Of a stretch of DNA of 64,000 nt, positions 51,870 through 61,600 are shown one piece after another. The position numbers and the translations under genes were made by a program. The notes below the pieces were generated by a model, which was not told where the DNA came from, did not search any database, and worked only from the letters and a program-made list of their open reading frames with translations. Source of the stretch: Eledone cirrhosa (Eukaryota); the NCBI GenBank assembly GCA_964016885.1, contig OZ024745.1, positions 9,796,001 to 9,860,000 of the forward strand. The letters run 5' to 3'. Positions within the stretch are counted from its first letter, which is position 1. Each line of letters begins with the position of its first letter.

Positions 51870-52211
51870 TGGGCTTGTGTGTTCAACAAGCCTTACCGAG
51901 GGTCTATCTACCTAGGTGGGTGAAAGTGGCGAGAATGGCCCCAGTGAATGGGCCTTCTCTCTATATCAGCCTGTAGGTTGAGGAAAAAGAGGAGGAGAGG
52001 AAAGGAGTACAAACTCTTCGTACTCCTGGAGATGAGGGTTGCACATTTTTTCGGGAGTATGTGTTACCCATATGAAATGTCTCCCCCTATTGGGGAAAAT
52101 CGATTAATTTTTAAATTGCATTTGAGATAGTATTTTACACGTTTTTATTGTATGTAAACTTCCCCCTTTGTAATTGTCCCCTTCTTTTGTGCCCTTGTGG
52201 CTAATAAAGAA
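51870..52211 (+). mobile_element. LINE 3' end (possibly Tx1/L1 clade), same family as the 5254-5415 insert
   Basis: Shares CCCCCTATTGGGGAA and CCCTTGTGGYTAATAAAGAAA; ORF-end remnant RWVKVARM. Confidence 0.65.
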
Positions 52212-52492
52212 ACATCTATAGCAAGGGTAAAACAATATATAACTCAATTAGTATGTAGAGAGTTCTATATGGGAGTTGGCAAATACTCTCAGAGTGAGCT
52301 CAGTGTGTTTATGTAATATTGGTAGGAAGAATAAGAAAGGAAAACATGTATGTAAAGATAGATGTAAACACAGAGTATATATAAGCAAATAGGGAGATGG
52401 AATCAACATTCTACGTAAGTTTAATGCTTGTGTAAAGTATTAAATTTGTGTAGAGTTTCCATCTCATCTTCCTATTTATATAAAGTTTAATA

Positions 52493-52650
52493 TAGAACTG
52501 TTTCATTAAAAAGAAATCATTAGGAAAGCCCTGATGATTTCTTTTGAATGAAACAGTTCTAGTCCTGTAGAAGCTATATTAAACATGATGTTTACACTCT
52601 ACTAATGTATTGAGTACCTTACTAACTGTAGCTACCCCCGATTGAACCGG
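52493..52650 (+). mobile_element. Penelope-like remnant: fold-back containing a full but degenerate hammerhead core
   Basis: CTGATGA (52531-52537), GAAA (52550-52553), CAG/CTG stem III, then TA. Downstream ACTCTACTA..GTATTGAGTAC is shared with 23150-23180 (-). Confidence 0.55.
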
Positions 52651-53708
52651 GGACTCACACTCACACATATTCGTGTGTGTACACAAATGACAATGTAGGT
52701 CCGTGTATGTTTTATATATTTGAACAGCACTGTTAAAATGTAAACATATATTTATCGTTAGATCCAATAAAATGATGCATTATCTAAAAGCTTTACATAC
52801 AAATATATATACACCTAAACAGTGTGTGTTTATATATATATAATTATATATATATATGTATGTGTGTGTGTGCGATCGTAAGCGTATATAAATATACACC
52901 TGCTTAAACACACACACACATCACATTTGTAAGAAACTGACAAGGAGGAACAAAGATAGATAGAAAAATGATGTAAACACACAAATACATAAGTATATTT
53001 ATAAACATATATATATATATATATATAAGTATATATGTGTGTGTGTGTCTGTGTGTGTGTGTGTGCGAGAGAGAGATCATATATGCTTCTTACACATTCA
53101 CAACATGAATTGTCATAAGCTGGGGTCAACCATAAATTTCGAAGATCAAACATCACACACACACATATGTGTGTGTGTATACGTAAAAAGTATATAGATG
53201 TATATATGTTAATATATATGTACGTGTATATATATCTATATTCATATTGAAACTGGAATCAACAATACGTATTAGTCTATAAAGAGGTCAACAACGAATG
53301 CATAATACACATTAGACCTCTCTACATGTATTCATGTATGTGTATATATATATATATATATAATTTAGACATAAACAAACTACAGGCCACAAAAACGGCC
53401 CACTGTTCATACAGACAACAGATGATGTTTATAATATATACACATACGTATATATAGACATAGTCTGTGTCAAATATTACTAGCAAATATCTACTCCCAT
53501 ACATATAGATCTACATAAAAACAGTAATCTGTCTATATAATTATATATATATGCACACATATATATATATATATATACACACACACATACATTGATAGAG
53601 ATCAAACCTTGTTTATACTCTCATATACACACTAGGCATCTTTAGAATAGGAAATATATAATAACTCATCCTGCACAATCTACACGCGCACATACACACA
53701 CTCACACA

Positions 53709-53770
<62 letters not shown>

Positions 53771-54057
53771 TAAAAACACAGACATTTGTTCATCAATAAT
53801 TTCATAGAGATAGCCTCAATCTATTCATACAATATATATATACGTATATCATTAGATATAATCACAAACATTATACACATACACACATATACATATATCT
53901 ATCAATATATATATACATATGCACATACATACAAACAGGTGCACGAAAATCGAATTCTATGGAAGAGGAATAATAAGGAGGTGTTTATGGCGTGGGAGAA
54001 ATGGCTAGACAACAAGAAGAAATATATATCTATGATATATATTTAAAGAAAACTCAC

Positions 54058-54175
54058 TGTCGACATCATTCAATTTAGCTTTTTCATCTTCCAACTTAGC
54101 TTTAAGTACATCAGCCTCCCTTGTCAAGGCTTCGATACTATCAGAAGGGTTGGCACTCAGAGCATCCGTGGCCAT
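54058..54175 (-). CDS. GNB5: G protein subunit beta-5, first coding exon (MATDALSANPSDSIEALTREADVLKAKLEDEKAKLNDVD + 1 nt)
   Basis: ATG at 54173-54175 in a good Kozak context (GGAAC-ATG-G). The 39 codons resemble the Gbeta5 N-terminal coiled coil (human [37 protein letters not shown]). Donor GTGAGT at 54052-54057, phase 1, which matches the next exon (A+TG = Met). Confidence 0.93.
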
Positions 54176-55401
54176 GTTCCTTTCGATCGTGGCGAAGAAT
54201 GAAATAACAGTGAATATATGAGGTGCTTCCGATGGATGGAACGATGGAAGCTAAGTGGAAGTAGAAAGCAGCGATAGGCTTTCTTATATGTGTGTTCGTG
54301 TGTGTGTATGTTTATAGCTTGTATATTTATATATGTGTATGTATATATAAGCGCGCACGTGTATATATATATATATATAGAGAGAGAGAGGGGGGGGGCG
54401 AGGAGTGAGAAAGAGAGAGAAAAAGAGGTCGACGAGAGAAGGTAAAGGAAGGGAGGGGTGGAGAGAAAGAGAGTAAATAGAGACAAAGGAAGGTGGGGAA
54501 ATAGATAGAGGAGTGAAGAATGACAGACAAGAAGAAAGAGTAAAGCATTAACATTTGTTTGTATGTTTCAGTAGATGTGTGTGTGTGCTTCTGTTTGTAT
54601 ATGTGTGTGTATGTATGTATCTATGTATATATGTATGTATGTATAACTTACTGAAGGATGGATGGAAGAATTTAAAATTTAGTTGTGATCCTGATTTTCT
54701 CTAGTTTTAAATGTATTTTATTCCCATTTGGAAGTTGTTTTATTCTGATTATTTTTCCAAGTTGATCTACAATTGCCACATTAAACAAAATAAGGTAGAA
54801 AAAAACTTTATTGAAATTGATACCAAGAGACGAAATTTTACAATTCTTTTTCTTCTGACTTTGTTACACTATATACATGTGTGTGTGTATTCTCACCCTC
54901 AAACACTATGCAGAATTTGGTAACATATATATGTGAGTTCGATTCACAGCAGCGTGTTCCTGTCCTTGAGCAAGACATTTTATTTCATGTTGCTTCCATC
55001 TGCTCAGCTGGCAAAAATGAGTTATCTGTAATTTGAAAGGCCAACCTATTCACATTCTGTGTATGCATGCATGCACAGGGACATGGAAATAGTTGGTTTG
55101 GTGCCTGATTGTGTGGTTGGGCCACTGGGAATGAGGGATCGCTAATTCTTGTTAAGAGATCATTCTAGGAAAAGGAAGACCATTGGCAACCAATGATGTT
55201 GATCTGTTCTTCTTTTTGGGAAAAAAACTTCAAGCACAAACATTTGTGCCTTTTCTTTTTTCTATCGCTGCAGCATATGCAGAAAGGAATCTAAGTCCCT
55301 AGCAGGGCTAAAACGTCCATGTTCATGCCACTCATGTATCAGAAGAAGGTCAAGAGAGAGCAATTCTTAAAACTGAGATGCAGGCATTATTTATGGATGT
55401 G

Positions 55402-55599
55402 GATTGGCAGTAAAGGGCAGTGGATTGGCAGTATCGGTAGAGGGTCGGACGCCATGCTTTCCAGCATAGTTACGCCCCTTTACGATCTGAGTTCAAATCC
55501 CGCCGAGGTTGACTTTGCCTTTCATCCTTACGGGGTCGATAAAATAAAGTACCAGTAATGCACTGGGTAATTGCTGGCCTTGTGCCTAAAGTAGAAACA
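55402..55599 (+). mobile_element. Full-length tRNA-derived SINE family 2 with a 16-bp TSD
   Basis: A-box TGGCAGTATCGG and B-box GAGTTCAAATCC; body CTTTCATCCTTACGGGGTCGATAAAATAAAGTACCAG (Meta/MESC-like domain, from memory); ATTATTTATGGATGTG at 55386-55401 and 55600-55615. Confidence 0.93.
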
Positions 55600-56567
55600 A
55601 TTATTTATGGATGTGTGTGTATATATATACACTCACCATTCTATACCATGTATGAATAAAGAAGAACACTAAATAAATAAATAAATATACAAATATTTTA
55701 AATACCACCTAACAAAAATGTGTGATGTAAGTTAAGTCATTAAAATTTTGCCAAAAATATTTAATTAATTAATCAACTGTTAATGTGTGTATGGTATGGT
55801 TGTGAAACTGGTGAAGGTGTGGTAGAGGAGATGTATGCCAATACAGTGTTTCTTGAGCATCCTTGATGGAGCCCACCTCCTCTCCAGGGTTGAATACAGC
55901 AGATTTCTTCTAGAGAAGGAGAGAGAGAGAGACTAAATCATCAACAATTATATATATATAAAGAGTCACATCTCCTCAGTTAAACTCTGGAAATTACTAT
56001 GATTTTGGTCCATTAAGGTTGATATTGTTCATTCCAGGTCACATTAGGACATAACAAAATAGATAGAGACAAGTTATGGCTTTAAGGGAATTACACAAAT
56101 ATAGAGTGTGGAAGGGCTTAGCCAAAGGAGAAAAATATAGAAAGGAGAGAAATAGTAAAACAAGAGAATAAGGACTGTAGTCTGTGTGGACAAAGAAGGA
56201 CACCGAGGTGTAGAAAAGGTAAGAAGGAAGAAAACAGGCCCGGTGGTGTGATGTTTATTATATGATAGCTTCAAAAAAGCCCACATAACTAAGTTTTTAG
56301 AATATAAATTCAAAATAGAGAGTGCACAGGACAAAGACAATGGAAAAAAACAACAAATAGACGGACAGTCCCATCTCTTCAGTCAACCCCTTGGAAATCA
56401 CTACGGTTTTGGTGCATTAAAGTCGATATCATTCATCCCAGTGAATATTGGGACATAACTAAATAGGTAGAGACAAGTTATGCCTTTGGGGGAATTACAC
56501 AACTATAGAGTGTGCAAGGGGTTAGCCAAAGGATATATATATGTATATATATTATATATATATATAT

Positions 56568-56950
56568 GGGAGTGGAATTATTTGAATTTCGTCTCCTACC
56601 GCCACGTAAATTTCTGAATCAGTAGCCAATCAGTTGACGGCATTGTGATGATGCATAGGGATTTCAGTTGCTAATGTATTACTGTGTTGACCGTCACATT
56701 CACTGTCATAGCCGACATGGACTGGAATCGAATTCTGTCAATTGATTGGTTATTGATTAGGCAAAACCAGCTGATGAAGCCACATTAAGTGTGGCGGAAA
56801 CTCAAGGATGGGTATAGATTGAAGGTACTTATTTACATGTGTTGTATTGAAGTGAATAACTATGTGTCTACTCTGAGAGTTTACTTAACATTACCTATTG
56901 AGTACACTGAGATGCAACCGGGACTAGTCATACTAGTCCCGTAAACTTAT
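56568..56950 (+). mobile_element. (TA)n-flanked Penelope-like element with a hammerhead-like motif
   Basis: CTGATGA-A-GCCACA-TTAAG-TGTGGC-G-GAAAC at 56771-56801; TATTGAGTAC motif; terminal hairpin GGGACTAGT-CAT-ACTAGTCCC. Confidence 0.55.
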
Positions 56951-57156
56951 TATATATATAATAATAATAATTATAACGAAGATTGATAATATTATGTCAA
57001 CGGTCTCTGGCCAATGTCTAGCTCACTCAATGAATCTGCCAAATTGCAGTAATTAACTGCAGCTAGCTGTTCAGAGTGTACACATTTTAGTTAATAGCAG
57101 GTACAGTGATATATATCATCATCATCATCTTCCACGCTAGCATGGGTTTATATATT

Positions 57157-57203
<47 letters not shown>

Positions 57204-57416
57204 CAGACTTGCAACAAATGGGACAACCCGTGTAATCCTTGCTAACATGGACGTTAAACAATGATGATGTTGAAATCAGTATAGAACCAGTTTAAAACTA
57301 TTATAGTTAAACCATTACTCAATAGAATACTCAATACTTGGGGTAGTAGAGTATGGTTATATTATAAAGAGTCGAAACTTGATAGCTGAGTTCCAAACTC
57401 TTTATAATATATATAT

Positions 57417-58110
57417 ATCATCATCGTTTTTACACCTGCTTTTCTATGCTTGCATGGGTTGGACAGGTCCTTCTCAGTACAGCATCTCTTCACTTGTGTT
57501 CCTTTGTTATCTCCTCTTCCAGCCTCAGCTATTTGAGGTCAGCTCTCACAACCTCTGCCCAAGTCTTTCTTGGTCTACTTCTACCGCAACTTCCTTCCAC
57601 TGGCATTTCCTGGCACTTTTTCACCTAACAATCATTGTCCATGCACATCATATATCCAAACCAATGCAGTCTTCTCTCCTGCACACCACTTCGAATTCCT
57701 CTTAAACCCAGCTTCTCCTTCAACTCGTCCAAGCTCTAGCTTTCGCTCACACTTACATTGCACATCCAATGGAGCATGGTTGCTTCATTACTTTCCAGTC
57801 TACACATGTCTTCCATAGTCACAACCCATATTTTACTACTATGCAGTATTATACTTTACACAGAGGTGTCATACAGTCGTCCTTTTGTACGTAGGAAGAA
57901 AACTTTGTTGTCAACAGTGGCAGTAGCTCTTTGAACTTTTTCCATCCTATCCTTATTCAAGCTATTATACTCTCAGAGCACCCTCCTCCAATTGTGTTGC
58001 CTAGATGGCAGAAGGTATCAACCACTTCTATGGGTCCTTCCTGTGACTACTGCCCTCCTAGATGGGTTGCCTTCACTACAATTTACGGGGCCCACATCCA
58101 CTCTGTGCAG
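57417..58110 (-). mobile_element. Old RTE family C fragment
   Basis: Antisense ORFs 57446-57628 and 57931-58113 mirror the RTE C-terminus; matches 34978-35182. Confidence 0.82.
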
Positions 58111-58394
58111 TAGTCTTTAATTGGTGTTTATATATATATATTAATACTATTATTGACCTAGCTGAGATATAATTGATGAAAAGGTTGTCACAAGACTATT
58201 TATTACACATAAACATCAACAACTTTTAATGTCTATTTTCTATGTTTACATGGGTTAGACAAGCTGTCATAACTGAGGCTAAACTGGTCAGGTGACCAGT
58301 CATTCTTGTCTTGGAACTTATGGTTGAATGTCTTTCCTAATACCAACCACTTTACAGTAAGGTGACATGAGAAGGTGACATGAGAAAAATCACT

Positions 58395-58650
58395 CAATCC
58401 ACTCTATAAGTTGTTGACACCACAAAAAATAAAACACCCAGTCCACTGTATAACGAGGTAGTGCTGAAAACAAGACAAAAATGCACCCAGTATACTCTGT
58501 AAGGTGATAGTGCTGATGTCATGATAAAAAGCACCCAGTCAACCTTGTAAGGTGGTAGTGCTGGTACCATGATAAAATTTACCCAGTCCACTCTGCAAGG
58601 AGGTTGGCATTAGGAAGGGCACCCAGCCATAGAAATTAAGCCCCCAAAAG
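58395..58650 (+). mobile_element. RTE 3' UTR with 4-5 internal AAAGCACCCAGTCCACTCTGTAAGG units, running directly into the satellite
   Basis: GGTTGGCATTAGGAAGGGCACCCAGCCATAGAAA corresponds to the conserved RTE 3' UTR block (cf. 7297-7331). Confidence 0.85.
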
Positions 58651-61600
58651 AGTATATATCCAAGACAGTCTCACTTGACCAGTGTAATCCCAGTATATAT
58701 CCAAGACAGTCTCACTTGACCAGTGTAATCCCAGTATATATCCAAGACATGGTCACTTGACCAGTGTAATCCCAGTATATAACCAAGACAGTCTCACTTG
58801 ACCAGTGTAATCCCAGTATATATTCAAGACATGGTCACTTGACCAGTGTAATCCCAGTATATAACCAAGACATGGTCACTTGACCTCTGTAATCCCAGTA
58901 TATAACCAAGACAGTCTCACTTGACCTCTGTAATCCCAGTATATATCCAAGACATGGTCACTTGACTTCTGTAATCCCAGTATATAACCAAGACATGGTC
59001 ACTTGACCTCTGTAATCCCAGTATATAACCAAGACAGTCTCACTTGACCTCTGTAATCCCAGTATATAACCAAGACATGGTCACTTGACCAGTGTAATCC
59101 CAGTATATAACCAAGACATGGTCACTTGACCTCTGTAATCCCAGTATATAACCAAGACATGGTCACTTGACCAGTGTAATCCCAGTATATAACCAAGACA
59201 GTCTCACTTGACCTCTGTAATCCCAGTATATAACCAAGACATGGTCACTTGACCAGTGTAATCCCAGTATATAACCAAGACATGGTCACTTGACCTCTGT
59301 AATCCCAGTATATATCCAAGACATGGTCACTTGACCTCTGTAATCTCAGTATATATCCAAGACTTGGTCACTTCACCAGTGTAATCCCAGTATATAACCA
59401 AGACATGGTCACTTGACCTCTGTAATCCCAGTATATATCCAAGACATGGTCACTTGACCAGTGTAATCCCAGTATATAACCAAGACAGTCTCACTTCACC
59501 AGTGTAATCCCAGTATATAACCAAGACAGTCTCACTTGACCTCTGTAATCCCAGTATATAACCAAGACATGGTCACTTGACCTCTGTAATCCCAGTATAT
59601 ATCCAAGACATGGTCACTTGACCAGTGTAATCCCAGTATATAACCAAGACATGGTCACTTGACCTCTGTAATCCCAGTATATATCCAAGGCATGGTCACT
59701 TCACCAGTGTAATCCCAGTATATATCCAAGACATGGTCACTTGACCTCTGTAATCCCAGTATATAACCAAGACATGGTCACTTGACCTCTGTAATCCCAG
59801 TATATAACCAAGACATGGTCACTTGACCTCTGTAATCCCAGTATATAACCAAGACAGTCTCACTTGACCAGTGTAATCCCAGTATATAACCAAGACATGG
59901 TCACTTGACCTCTGTAATCCCAGTATATATCCAAGACATGGTCACTTGACCAGTGTAATCCCAGTATATAAACAAGACAGTCTCACTTGACCAGTGTAAT
60001 CCCAGTATATAACCAAGACATGGTCACTTGACCTCTGTAATCCCAGTATATAACCAAGACATGGTCACTTGACCAGTGTAATCCCAGTATATAACCAAGA
60101 CATGGTCACTTGACCTCTGTAAATCCAGTATATATCCAAGACATGGTCACTTGACCAGTGTAATCCCAGTATATAACCAAGACATTGTCACTTGACCTCT
60201 GTAATCCCAGTATATAACCAAGACATGGTCACTTGACCAGTGTAATCCCAGTATATAACCAAGACATGGTCACTTGACCAGTGTAATCCCAGTATATAAC
60301 CAAGACATGGTCACTTGACTTCTGTAATCCCAGTATATAACCAAGACATGGTCACTTGACCTCTGTAATCCCAGTATATAACCAAGACATGGTCACTTGA
60401 CCAGTGTAATCCCAGTATATATCCAAGACATGGTCACTTGACCTCTGTAATCCCAGTATATAACCAAGACATGGTCACTTGACCTCTGTAATCCCAGTAT
60501 ATATCCAAGACATGGTCACTTGACCTCTGTAATCCCAGTATATAACCAAGACATGGTCACTTGACCTCTGTAATCCCAGTATATATCCAAGACATGGTCA
60601 CTTGACCTCTGTAATCCCAGTATATAACCAAGACATGGTCACTTGACCAGTGTAATCCCAGTATATAACCAAGACATGGTCACTTGACCAGTGTAATCCC
60701 AGTATATAACCAAGACATGGTCACTTGACCTCTGTAATCCCAGTATATATCCAAGACATGGTCACTTGACCAGTGTAATCCCAGTATATAACCAAGACAT
60801 GGTCACTTGACCAGTGTAATCCCAGTATATAACCAAGACATGGTCACTTGACCAGTGTAATCCCAGTATATAACCAAGACATGGTCACTTGACCTCTGTA
60901 ATCCCAGTATATATCCAAGACATGGTCACTTGACCTCTGTAATCCCAGTATATAACCAAGACATGGTCACTTGACCTCTGTAATCCCAGTATATAACCAA
61001 GACATGGTCACTTGACCTCTGTAATCCCAGTATATAACCAAGACATGGTCACTTGACCTCTGTAATCCCAGTATATATCCAAGACATGGTCACTTAACCT
61101 CTGTAATCCCAGTATATAACCAAGACATGGTCACTTGACCTCTGTAATCCCAGTATATAACCAAGACATGGTCACTTGACTTCTGTAATCCCAGTATATA
61201 ACCAAGACATGGTCACTTGACCTCTGTAATCCCAGTATATAACCAAGACATGGTCACTTGACCTCTGTAATCCCAGTATATATCCAAGACATGGTCACTT
61301 AACCTCTGTAATCCCAGTATATAACCAAGACATGGTCACTTGACCTCTGTAATCCCAGTATATAACCAAGACATGGTCACTTGACTTCTGTAATCCCAGT
61401 ATATAACCAAGACATGGTCACTTGACCTCTGTAATCCCAGTATATAACCAAGACATGGTCACTTGACCTCTGTAATCCCAGTATATATCCAAGACATGGT
61501 CACTTAACCTCTGTAATCCCAGTATATAACCAAGACATGGTCACTTGACCTCTGTAATCCCAGTATATAACCAAGACATGGTCACTTGACTTCTGTAATC

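Noticed and set aside
54280-54660. GNB5 core promoter
   Set aside because: GA- and TG-rich sequence with no defensible TATA/Inr; the TSS may lie on an upstream non-coding exon.
57357-57412. Small hairpin TATTATAAAGAGT..ACTCTTTATAATA containing CGAAAC
   Set aside because: It shares the family tag with the 23150 element but is too short and degenerate to call a ribozyme; used only as supporting context.
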